Shown piece after piece: positions 55,148 through 63,976 of a stretch of DNA of 64,000 bases. Numbering within the stretch: the first letter of the stretch is position 1; every line of letters starts with the position of its first letter. This stretch comes from a virus, in IMG/VR virus record IMGVR_UViG_3300036823_000324, positions 1-64,000 of that record; one strand, 5' to 3'. The notes beneath the pieces are model-generated. The model did no database searches. It was not told the DNA's origin and saw nothing but the letters and a program-made list of their open reading frames with translations. Position numbers and translations under genes: made by a program.

Positions 55148-57748
55148 CTAGGGAAGCGGCGAGCTCGTCGGCAGCCCCGAGACACCCTGCCCGGGGTCCG
55201 GCCGGCCCACGTTGGCGCCGCCGATCCCCATCGTCGCCCAGCCGCTGGTCCCGCCGACGATCAGCACCAGGAACGCCTCCGCGCCGCCCGCGGCCAGGAA
55301 CTGCAGGTCCATCGGCACCGCCAGCCCCATGGATGCGTCCGCCCCGCCGGCGGCGAACACCGTCAGCCCGGTCGGGGCCGAGACCAGGGCCGCCGCGCCC
55401 GCCGCACCCGCCGCGGACGGTGCCAGCCCGGTCGGGGCCGTGAGGCGGGCGGCGGCCGAGGAGCTCCCGGTCGCGCCCAGTTCGAGCGAGCTGGGCGCGA
55501 CCAGGGCGCCGGAGACGTCTCCGGCGCCCGCGGCGGTGAGCGAGATGAAGGCGATCGAGGGGACGACCACCACGGCATCCGCTTCCCCTTCGCCCGCCGC
55601 GGTGATGACGAGGTCGACGGGGACGATGACCGTGGCCGCCGCGGCGCCTTCGCCTACGAGCGGTGCGAGCAGCAGGTGCGCGGGCGCGGTGAGCGCGGCC
55701 GTCGACGAGCCGAGCCCCACCGCGGCGAGCGCCAGGTCTGCCGGGGTCGCCAGCCCCGAGTGCGCAGCGGAGAGGCCGTCCGCCTCGAGGGTCAGCGCAG
55801 TCGGGGCGCTCAGTGCCGCTGCAGCGGCGCCGCTGCCCACCATGCCCGGCGAGAGGACCGAGTTGGTCATGAGGGCGGCCACGGCATTCCCGGCGCCCGC
55901 GGCGTCGACGAGCAGCGCGGCCGGGGCGGTGAGCGCGGCGGCGGGCGCGGCGGCGCCGGAGCTGTCGAGCGAGAGCTCTGCGGCGGCCGCCAGCTGCAGG
56001 GTCGCCACACCGGCGCCCGCGGCGATGAGCCGCAGGGCCGATGGTGCCGTCACCGCCGCCACCGCCCGGGACCCGCCGGCGGCCGTGAGAACCAGCATCG
56101 GCACGGAGGAGGTCGCAAGCGTGAGCACGGCTTCACTTCCGCCCGGCGCCGTGAGCGCCAGAGACATCGGCGCGGCGAGAGCCATCGCGGCGGCCGAGCC
56201 GCCGGCGGATCCCGCCGAGAGCAACGACGGCGCCGCCAGGGCGATCGCCGCGGCGCCGGATCCGGGCGCCGCGATCACCATGAGAGGACGCGCCGTCAGA
56301 GCGAGATGGGGGACACCCGCGCCCGCGGCGAGGAGCGCCAGCGAAGAGGGCGCCTTCAGGCCGACCCCGGCCGAAGAGGAGCCGGCGGCGGTGACGGAGA
56401 GCAAGGACGGTGCCCTGAGCGCGGCGGACGCGGCGCCGGCGCCGACCGCCGCCGCGGAGAGAGCCGTCGGCGCCTTCAGGGCGGCCGCTACGCCGGCGCC
56501 GCCTGTCGGAGCGAGGGTCAGCAGCGCCGGGGTTGTCGTGCCCGCCAGGTAGCTGAGGTAGACGCCCACCATGTCGCAGGCCAAGGCATCGGTCGAGGCA
56601 GCGTTCTTGCGGATGACAACGCGGGGAGATTCTTTGTATCCGAGGCCGCCAGGCATTTTGTTTTCGGCTTCGACATAGATCGGTTCGGTGGTCGCAGTGC
56701 CCCAACCGGTCGGCTCGGTACCGGCGGTGCCGCTGGTCGAGGCAGTTTTCTCGATGACACTCGGGAAGGTCGACTTGACCCCGAAGCCTCGCGCGGTCCC
56801 CGAGGAGTTGCTGAACCGGGCGAGCAACATCATCACCTTCATCTGGTCACCTTCGACCATGCCGCCCCCACCTTCGGTGACCGTATGGTTCGGCTGCTGG
56901 CATACAGCCTTGTATTCGTGCGTGGTGGTTGATTCAGCGTCGTAGTCTTGCGTCGTGCCGGTTTTCGACCCGTTGGCCACACCTTTCGGCGGGAAGTTGC
57001 TGACTGCTTTATAGAGTTCCGTCGTGCCACCGGAGCCGGTTTTCCAGCCGACCCTAGATTCATCGGATGTCGGCTTCAGCAGGACCACTTTTTGTTTACC
57101 GACCCAAGAGTTTTCTTTCGTCCCGGTCGAGTCGTTGATGATGAACTGCGAGACGCACACGCTCCAGTTCGTATCGCTGCCATGGTGGCCGACTTCAAAC
57201 CACGGCGGTTTACCGCCCATCGTCCATTTTGCCGATGCTTCATACACCCCGGCGCTCGTTTCCGCGTCGGTGATTTTGACGGTCCAGTTCGCGGCTTCGG
57301 CCGCGTTGGGGATTTCCACGAACATCTCGACCAGGTACTGCCTGTTGAGTTCGGCCGGAGAACTCGACTGGACTTCAGTACCACCATTCTGGCCGCTCCA
57401 GATGTACCATTTGCCGCCAGCGGCCAGGCCGAGTTCAAGGGCGACGCCGAGTTCGCTCTGCACCAGCAGCATTTCTATGAAGTTGCTCGGGACGCCCGTG
57501 CCGATGAACTTGACGACGGTCTGGAGGTAGTAGCTCCGACCGGTCGCCACACCGCCGGCTTCCACCGCATCGAAGAGGCACGCCTTGCTTTCCCCGGCCG
57601 GGAATTTCGCACAGCACGAGCCTGCCCACTGGTCCGTGGTGTCGGGCGAGATGGCGCCGCTGAAATAGGTGTTCTGACCCTCCCCGTTCGTTGAGAGCGA
57701 GGTCGTGTACAGACGGGACTCGAACCCGGTTGTCAGGAGTCGCGCCAC
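55148..57748 (-). CDS. Putative head/collar fibre: lectin-like N-terminal domains plus about 21 Ala-rich 20-aa repeats
   Basis: LLTTGFES N-terminus in a lower-GC segment; periodic xxAAGxGxAxAALxAPxxLx repeats at about 55250-56520. Confidence 0.6.
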   Translation of the reverse strand: MARLLTTGFESRLYTTSLSTNGEGQNTYFSGAISPDTTDQWAGSCCAKFPAGESKACLFDAVEAGGVATGRSYYLQTVVKFIGTGVPSNFIEMLLVQSELGVALELGLAAGGKWYIWSGQNGGTEVQSSSPAELNRQYLVEMFVEIPNAAEAANWTVKITDAETSAGVYEASAKWTMGGKPPWFEVGHHGSDTNWSVCVSQFIINDSTGTKENSWVGKQKVVLLKPTSDESRVGWKTGSGGTTELYKAVSNFPPKGVANGSKTGTTQDYDAESTTTHEYKAVCQQPNHTVTEGGGGMVEGDQMKVMMLLARFSNSSGTARGFGVKSTFPSVIEKTASTSGTAGTEPTGWGTATTEPIYVEAENKMPGGLGYKESPRVVIRKNAASTDALACDMVGVYLSYLAGTTTPALLTLAPTGGAGVAAALKAPTALSAAAVGAGAASAALRAPSLLSVTAAGSSSAGVGLKAPSSLALLAAGAGVPHLALTARPLMVIAAPGSGAAAIALAAPSLLSAGSAGGSAAAMALAAPMSLALTAPGGSEAVLTLATSSVPMLVLTAAGGSRAVAAVTAPSALRLIAAGAGVATLQLAAAAELSLDSSGAAAPAAALTAPAALLVDAAGAGNAVAALMTNSVLSPGMVGSGAAAAALSAPTALTLEADGLSAAHSGLATPADLALAAVGLGSSTAALTAPAHLLLAPLVGEGAAAATVIVPVDLVITAAGEGEADAVVVVPSIAFISLTAAGAGDVSGALVAPSSLELGATGSSSAAARLTAPTGLAPSAAGAAGAAALVSAPTGLTVFAAGGADASMGLAVPMDLQFLAAGGAEAFLVLIVGGTSGWATMGIGGANVGRPDPGQGVSGLPTSSPLP

Positions 57749-57761
57749 CGGCGCGGGCCCC

Positions 57762-58376
57762 CTAGCTCTCGGTGGCTTCGAGGGCGTTGACCGCGATGGT
57801 GGGCGGCGTCTGGGTGGTGGAGATGACGGTCGATGCCGTCGTCCCCCAGTAGAGCGAGTTGCCGCTGGCGGCCACCGTCGAGTCGGCGATGATGAACCCG
57901 ACGATCGTCGAGGAGCTGCCGGTGCAGCCGGCGAGTTCGAGTTTCGCCGAGTTCGTGAGTTTCTGCGCCGTCGATTCGTTCAGCGACGCGGCTTCGAGTT
58001 TGAAGCGGGCCCAGCCGGTGTAGGCGGCTTCGGTGACCGACGATCCGGTCGAGGCCGCGGTCGGGACCACCGTCAGCAGCACGATCGCCACCGTGGCGGG
58101 CATGGTGAATGCCCCTTTGCCGAAGTTGTGGTTCAGGTCTTTGTTGGAGAGGTAGTTCGACTTGCCGCTCAGCAGCTGGCCGAGGTACCAGTCGGCCAGC
58201 GCGGACTCGTCGTCGGCGAGGATCAGCCGCGAGCGCAGGTACTCGCTCGGCTGCGCACCGCCGAGGTCGAGGACCGCGCCGTCACCGTTCTCACCCGGGA
58301 TGAAGAGCTTCGGCGGTTCGCGGCGGATGTCCTCGCCCGGGAGGATCAGCCGCGGGGTCTCGAGCGTGGCGCTCAT
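57762..58376 (-). CDS. Small beta-rich fibre subunit with N-terminal extension
   Basis: SGKSNYLSNK.LNH...PATV...T..PT.ASTG...EAAYTGWAR...TN...GNSLYWG. Confidence 0.65.
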   Translation of the reverse strand: MSATLETPRLILPGEDIRREPPKLFIPGENGDGAVLDLGGAQPSEYLRSRLILADDESALADWYLGQLLSGKSNYLSNKDLNHNFGKGAFTMPATVAIVLLTVVPTAASTGSSVTEAAYTGWARFKLEAASLNESTAQKLTNSAKLELAGCTGSSSTIVGFIIADSTVAASGNSLYWGTTASTVISTTQTPPTIAVNALEATES

Positions 58377-58831
58377 TGCTCGGGGTGCTCCGGGGTGGGG
58401 GCGGCGGTGATCGCGCCCTGGCCGACGATCGGCGTCGGCCCGAGGTCGATGAACGCCGGACCCTCTACGGCGGCAGCCGGATCCGGCTCGTTCGCGATCG
58501 GTCCGGTCAACGTCTTGAACCCCTCGAGGGTCATGCGCCAGACGCCGGGGTCAGGCGTCTCGGCGAAGCCGTCTTCGCCGAGCTCGTCGAGCACCGCCTC
58601 GAGTTCGGCCAAGCCCGTCTCGTAGTCGAGGAAGCCGTGCTCGGTGCTTCTGGGCGGGATCGGCGTGTGCCGATCTTCGGCCAGGCGATGGAGCAGGGCG
58701 ACGGGGGTCCAGCCGAAGTCCTCGTCGTGGGGCGCGAGATGGGCGAGCACGCGACGATGCACGTCCGAGTTGAAGACCCCCGCCTTGTCGGCTGCGCGTG
58801 GCGTATCCATCGAGAGCAAGATAGCCCCCAC
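58373..58831 (-). CDS. Hypothetical protein (wHTH-like)
   Basis: LDELGEDGFAE....VWRMTLEG. Confidence 0.5.
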   Translation of the reverse strand: MGAILLSMDTPRAADKAGVFNSDVHRRVLAHLAPHDEDFGWTPVALLHRLAEDRHTPIPPRSTEHGFLDYETGLAELEAVLDELGEDGFAETPDPGVWRMTLEGFKTLTGPIANEPDPAAAVEGPAFIDLGPTPIVGQGAITAAPTPEHPEQ

Positions 58832-58953
58832 CTCGCGCGCCTGTCTACCTACACCCGGGGCAGCTGGTCAGACACCGCCTAGCTAGCTTCCATCTCCTTG
58901 GTCCGGGCCCCTCGGCTGTTAGCGCAGCGCGGGGCCATTCGTTGACCGGACGC

Positions 58954-58983
58954 AAAAAGACGGCCTCCCTCGGGAGGCCGTCT
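58954..58983 (-). terminator. Intrinsic terminator after the capsid genes
   Basis: AGACGGCCTCC-CGAG-GGAGGCCGTCT-TTTT. Confidence 0.88.
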
Positions 58984-59095
58984 CAGCGTCTGGCAAAGGA
59001 CGCAGACATCTGGTTCAAGGGAAGCTAGCAGCGGGGCCGGCGCGAACTCCAGTGCCAGAACGCATTACGTCCCGCCCACCCCGGGGCGCCCGAGG

Positions 59096-59476
59096 CTACC
59101 CGAAGGCGACGCGCAGCAGCCCGATGCCGATCGACGGTTCGGGATCTTCTAGGTCGATCATGAATTCGACGGTGTCGCCGGAGGTCTTGACGAAGCCGCC
59201 GGTGAGCGCGGAGCAGATCGCCCAGGCGATCACCCGGCCGCCGGGGGGGCCGGTCATCGGCGCGAGGGCGACCTTGACGATGTTGACGACGCCGGACCCT
59301 TCAGGGGGCCCGAAGGTGCCCGCCGGCAGTTCGACCCGCCGGTAGCCGCCATAGGCGACCTCGGTGATCGTCGATCCGGTGTCCGCGGGGACGGGGCGGA
59401 CCGTGCACATCGCCAAGAAGGCGGGGGAGCCGACCGTCTCTTCGAGCAGCTCCCCCGCCCAATGGTCCGACAGCAT
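59096..59476 (-). CDS. Paralogue of the small fibre subunit
   Basis: FLAMCTVRP..ADTGSTITEVAYGGYRR...AICSALTGG aligns with 57762-58376. Confidence 0.6.
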   Translation of the reverse strand: MLSDHWAGELLEETVGSPAFLAMCTVRPVPADTGSTITEVAYGGYRRVELPAGTFGPPEGSGVVNIVKVALAPMTGPPGGRVIAWAICSALTGGFVKTSGDTVEFMIDLEDPEPSIGIGLLRVAFG

Positions 59477-60084
59477 CAGTTCAGCGCGACGATGTGCTTC
59501 TTGCCGTCGTTGGTGACGACGCGGAGGTATTCGGGGCCGAGCCAGCCGCCCGCCTTCGTCCGCTTCTGGCGGATCGTCCAGTCGAGGATGTCCTCGACGT
59601 CGACCTCCGCCTTCGTCGCGACTTCGCCGCCCTCGAGCTCTTCGGCCGCTTCCCGGTTGACCGGGAAGGAGCCGCTGAGCTCTTCGAGGGTCGGGCCGCG
59701 CTGTTCGGGGGCGGTGCCCTTGCCCCCCATCGCCGCGGCGACGGCGCCTTTCAGCCGCTCGAGCTCGCGGAAGCTGAGTTCGTCGAGCCCGAGGGCCTCG
59801 GCGCTCTCGCCGTCGGTGTCGGGGCCTTCGCCCTCGGCGTCCTCGTCCGCCCGCTGGTGACGGGCGGCGGCGATCGCCTCCTGGGCCTGGACCTCGGTTT
59901 CCTTGGCCTGGGTCTCGGCAGCCGTCGCCTTTGCGGCGGCCTCGTCCTTTTCGGCGGTCAGCTTGGCGATCCTCGCCTCGAGGGCCGCCGTGTCGGGAGC
60001 CGCCACCGCGGCGGCACCGCCCTGGCCCTGTGCTCGGCCCTGCGCCTGCGCCTGGCCCTCTGCTTTTTTGTCCTGCTCTGCCAA
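59476..60084 (-). CDS. Hypothetical head-associated protein
   Basis: Coiled-coil N-terminus; small C-terminal domain LRVVTNDGKKH. Confidence 0.6.
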   Translation of the reverse strand: MAEQDKKAEGQAQAQGRAQGQGGAAAVAAPDTAALEARIAKLTAEKDEAAAKATAAETQAKETEVQAQEAIAAARHQRADEDAEGEGPDTDGESAEALGLDELSFRELERLKGAVAAAMGGKGTAPEQRGPTLEELSGSFPVNREAAEELEGGEVATKAEVDVEDILDWTIRQKRTKAGGWLGPEYLRVVTNDGKKHIVALN

Positions 60085-60100
60085 CCGGATCAGCCCCTTC

Positions 60101-61198
60101 CTAGGCGACCGACGCGAAGGTGGCGCCGCGCCAGTCGAGGAGGGCCGTGCCCCACTCGTAGCGGATCTTCCACCAGATCTCGTCGTATTTCCCGGTGTAG
60201 GGGTCCGAGCCGCCAAGCACGTTCCGCATCCCCGGGTCTTTCAGGAATATGTCGGGGGTCTCGATCCCGTTCAGGAACCCCACCCCCATCACCGGCGCCA
60301 GCTGCGGGTCGGCGAACGTGTACCAGTCGTTCGCGTCTTCGAGGTAGTCCTCGACGACGTAGTCGGTGATCGCGGCCAGGACGTTGTCGCCGCCTTTGCC
60401 GTGCTCGATCGTCGTCCCGTCGACCCCTTCGGACCCCGCGGGCTGCGGGACCGTCGTGGAGTTGAGGATCCGCCGGATCGTCATCTCGAGCTCGGCGGGG
60501 ATCACCGACAGTTTCGGACGCAGGCCGATCCGATTGCCGCTGAATTCCTTCTGGATCCGCATCTTGATGACGGCCTGGGCGAGGGATTCCTCTTCGAGCG
60601 CTTCCGAGAGGAGGTTGCCGTGTTCGGCCGAGAACACGGCGTCGCCGTCGTAGGCGTGCGGATTCGCACGGATCGCCCGCCAGATGTCTTTCGACAGCGT
60701 GCGGGCGGCGGAGCGCCCGAAGGCGGCCGGCCGGTCGCGCAGCTGGTTCAGGTCGTCGTTGATCAGCGCCCGTCGGCTGAGCGAGAATTCGCGGCCGAAG
60801 GTTTCGACCGAGCAGCTCGGGCCGACGATCTGTTCGATCTGGGAGTCGTGGTATTCGCCTCCCTCGGGCACCGGCAGCAGATCTTCCATCTCGCTGACGC
60901 GGACGAAGTTGATCGGCTTGAAGTCGGGCACGTTGTAGATGCGCGAGTACCGGCGCCAGTTGCTGGTCTCCTCGCGGTATGCCCACATGAGCCGCTTGGT
61001 GATTTTGTCGTCGAGGTACGTGGCGAAGTCGGACGTGGTGCCGGACTCCCGCAGGACCTCATCGTCGGAGGAGATGGCCTCGTCGAAGGTGATGCCCGCC
61101 TCCTGGAGGCGCCCCTCGTCGACCTGCCGCCTCTGCATGTAGGCCTCGAAGAGCTTGACCTCTCCTGGCCACTGGTTGCTGTACTCGCGGAATTGCAT
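60101..61198 (-). CDS. Major capsid protein (Mu gpT-like)
   Basis: TTSDF, VPDFKP, V.EGGEY, TFGREFSLSRRALINDDL, F.AEHGNL, FLNG.ETP, DWRG. Confidence 0.92.
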   Translation of the reverse strand: MQFREYSNQWPGEVKLFEAYMQRRQVDEGRLQEAGITFDEAISSDDEVLRESGTTSDFATYLDDKITKRLMWAYREETSNWRRYSRIYNVPDFKPINFVRVSEMEDLLPVPEGGEYHDSQIEQIVGPSCSVETFGREFSLSRRALINDDLNQLRDRPAAFGRSAARTLSKDIWRAIRANPHAYDGDAVFSAEHGNLLSEALEEESLAQAVIKMRIQKEFSGNRIGLRPKLSVIPAELEMTIRRILNSTTVPQPAGSEGVDGTTIEHGKGGDNVLAAITDYVVEDYLEDANDWYTFADPQLAPVMGVGFLNGIETPDIFLKDPGMRNVLGGSDPYTGKYDEIWWKIRYEWGTALLDWRGATFASVA

Positions 61199-61231
61199 GA
61201 GTGTGTTTGTCCCTTTGTCTCTCGCCGGGCT

Positions 61232-61621
61232 TTATTCCTGTTTACCCGCGAACTGCGGCAGGATCTTCACCCACATGAATCCGGTCTTCGGCGCCTGGGT
61301 GGCGTCAGTGGTCTCGCCGGCACCTGGCACGGCGACGATGGTCGCGAACGGCCGCGTGCCCGTGGCGGGCGCGCCCCCGTAGGCGCGGCGCGTCAGGGCC
61401 TTCGTCGAGTTGTTGATGTCGACGACGTCGCCCTGGACCGAGCTGGTGATGAAGGGGATCACCCACTCCTCCTCGACCATCAGGGCGTACAGTTCGTTTT
61501 CGGCGGGTGAGGTCTCCGGGATGCCGTGGATGTTGTGCTCCACCATCGGCACACCGGAGGTTCGCGCGGCCGCCGCTTTCACGGTGATCCGCTGGCCCGA
61601 CCCTATGTGGTTCAGTGCCAC
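61232..61621 (-). CDS. Capsid cement/decoration protein (DUF2190-like)
   Basis: NHIGSGQRITV.A.AART SG-like start; directly before the capsid gene. Confidence 0.75.
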   Translation of the reverse strand: MALNHIGSGQRITVKAAAARTSGVPMVEHNIHGIPETSPAENELYALMVEEEWVIPFITSSVQGDVVDINNSTKALTRRAYGGAPATGTRPFATIVAVPGAGETTDATQAPKTGFMWVKILPQFAGKQE

Positions 61622-61633
61622 GTCTTTAACTCC

Positions 61634-63976
61634 TTAGATCTCGAGTTCTCTGTCGATCTGTTCGTCGAGCGGCGCCCCGTTGCCCTTGCTCTTGGCCTTG
61701 GGGGTCGCTCCGTCGCCGGTGTCGATCGGCGCTTCGGTCATCGTCTCGCCGGCCTCGCTGACCCGAGACTCGCGCACCGGCCCTTTGGGGGCCGGAGTCG
61801 TCGATCCGGTGCTCGACCGGATCTCGTCGCGCTTGGCTTTGATCGTCCGTTCGACCGTCTCGCGGGCGATCTGGTTGCCGTCTTTGCTGACCTGGCCGCT
61901 CTCGCTGTCGACCTCGGCCTCGAAGTAGGCGTCGTGGAACTCGGCCTTGAGCTCGCGCACCGTCGCCTCCTTGAAGTTCGCGGCGTCGATCAGCTCGTTC
62001 GCGATCACGCGCTGCTCGGACTGGTCGAACTTCCGCCGCCAGGAGTCGTCGTTCTCGCGGAGGGCCTCGGCGAGCCGGACCTCGTGCTGTTCGTTGGCGA
62101 CGGCGACCGCGGTGCGCACCGCCTCGCGCAGCATGCCCTCGGCGATCTCCTCGGCCTGGGCCGAGACATCGTCGCCGGCGTCGCCCTCGGCGAACCAGTC
62201 GTCGCCTTCCCATTCGCCCTCGCCCGCCTCGAGCAGATACTCCTCGGCGAACTCGTCGTCGCCGAAGTCGCCCTCGGCGAACGGATCGTCGCCCTCCTCG
62301 AGGTCGTCGCCTCCCGGGACGAGATGGATCTTGTCGCCGGTGCCCGTCGGGACGTCGATGTCCCACTCGCCGAACTGCTCGTCGGTCTCGATGGGCACGG
62401 GCTCCTCCTCGCGGTGGCGGGAGCGGCGATGCAGACGCTCGGCGTGCTGGAGCATCTCCCGGGCGCCGCGGCCGCGGTGATGACCCGACCCGTCGTGGGC
62501 GCGGATCTCGTACTTCCCGCTCGGGTGGTGGTAGCGGATCGTGTGCGTCGCGGTGCGGCGGACGTGCGTGGGGCCCTCGCGGTGGAAGCCGAGGCGCTCG
62601 AGGTGGTGGTGGAGGCGGCGCGGTTTGTGGTGGCCGGCCTCTTCGAACTCCTCGCCCTCGCGGACGCGGTGATGCCCGCGCCGGTGCATCTCGTGCACCA
62701 GCTTCGGGTCGTGCGCGGACAGTCGATCGAGCGTCGCGCCGGCATCCTCCCGCGTCATCTGGTGGTCCCCGTCGGGACCTTCGAGGGCGTGGCCCATGTC
62801 GTTTTTGACGACGTGGCCCTTCTTGCTGGTCCCGACCGCCACGGCTTTGTAGGGACCGCGCAGCTGCGCGACCTCGGCGTCGGGGCCGGCCGGGCAGGCA
62901 CCGGCCTGGCCCATCCGACCTTTGTGCTGGACGATCGCGGTCGGCGGCACGTCGCGGAGCCGGTGCCGGGCGTGCGGCCGGGTCATCGCCTCCTCCATGT
63001 GCTCGCCGTCGTCGAGCCACTCCACCGATTCCTCCTCGCGGTGGCGCCGGTGGTGGTGGTCGAAGCGCAGCTCGTGCCGGTCGCCGTGGCGGCCGTGAAG
63101 CTCGTGGGCGGCGCGGAGCATCGCGTTGTGCCCACGCCCGCGGGCGTGCTCGCCGCGGCCGCCCTTCACCGGGTGGATCTCCCAGTTGCCCTCGTGGTCG
63201 ACCTGGGCGGTGTGGTGCCCGGCAGATCCACCGAAGGTGGCCATGTGCCGGTTGCCCTCCTTGGTGAAGCCGAGGCCCTCGAGATGCGCGGTGCCGCGGC
63301 CGCCCGGAGATCCTTTGCCGCCTTTGCCCTCGAGGCTCTCGCCGCCGCCGCGACTCTCGGCCGGCGTGCCGCCGAGCTGCTGGGCCTCCTCGAGCTCAGC
63401 CTCGCGCTCCTCTTCCGCCACCTGCTCTTCGACCTGGGCCTCCATCAGCGCTACCACCTTTCCTCCTGCTCCGGCCTTGGTCACCCAGTCGACGGAGCCG
63501 ACGTTCTTGATTGCCTCGACGATTCTCGCGCGCCGGCCGTCCATCTGGCCTTCGCGGCTGGAGCCGCGCGCGTTGATCGAGACGCCGAGCAGTTCGGGGT
63601 CGTGCTCGATCATGTTCCACAGCCATGGCTGGCTGACCGACGCGATGCCGACGATGCACTGGCGGCCCGCCTCGTCCGTGGTGACTTCGGTCTCGCGGAT
63701 GCGGCCGATCAGTTCCTGCACCGGCCGCGGCAGCCCTTTGAGTTTGCGCTCCACTTCGGGCGACTGGTGGTTCGCGTACATCTGGGCACCGACGAAGGAC
63801 TCCGCCGCCTCGCGGAGCACGTCCGCGGTGTAGTAGTGGCTGTCCCGTTTGTTGCCGAAACCCTCACGGATCAGGACGATTTTGACGAGACCGCCGCGAC
63901 CGTCGGGTTCCGCGGTCCCCTCAAGGATTCGCCCGTCGTCGACGATCGCGCCGTTCTCCACCAAAGTTCCTTCCAT
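61634..63976 (-). CDS. Capsid maturation protease / cassettes / scaffold fusion
   Basis: Protease aa 1-180 (YYTADVL, YANH, GVSI, SVDWVT.AGAGG); His/Arg-rich middle; acidic coiled-coil C-terminus. Confidence 0.85.
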   Translation of the reverse strand: MEGTLVENGAIVDDGRILEGTAEPDGRGGLVKIVLIREGFGNKRDSHYYTADVLREAAESFVGAQMYANHQSPEVERKLKGLPRPVQELIGRIRETEVTTDEAGRQCIVGIASVSQPWLWNMIEHDPELLGVSINARGSSREGQMDGRRARIVEAIKNVGSVDWVTKAGAGGKVVALMEAQVEEQVAEEEREAELEEAQQLGGTPAESRGGGESLEGKGGKGSPGGRGTAHLEGLGFTKEGNRHMATFGGSAGHHTAQVDHEGNWEIHPVKGGRGEHARGRGHNAMLRAAHELHGRHGDRHELRFDHHHRRHREEESVEWLDDGEHMEEAMTRPHARHRLRDVPPTAIVQHKGRMGQAGACPAGPDAEVAQLRGPYKAVAVGTSKKGHVVKNDMGHALEGPDGDHQMTREDAGATLDRLSAHDPKLVHEMHRRGHHRVREGEEFEEAGHHKPRRLHHHLERLGFHREGPTHVRRTATHTIRYHHPSGKYEIRAHDGSGHHRGRGAREMLQHAERLHRRSRHREEEPVPIETDEQFGEWDIDVPTGTGDKIHLVPGGDDLEEGDDPFAEGDFGDDEFAEEYLLEAGEGEWEGDDWFAEGDAGDDVSAQAEEIAEGMLREAVRTAVAVANEQHEVRLAEALRENDDSWRRKFDQSEQRVIANELIDAANFKEATVRELKAEFHDAYFEAEVDSESGQVSKDGNQIARETVERTIKAKRDEIRSSTGSTTPAPKGPVRESRVSEAGETMTEAPIDTGDGATPKAKSKGNGAPLDEQIDRELEI

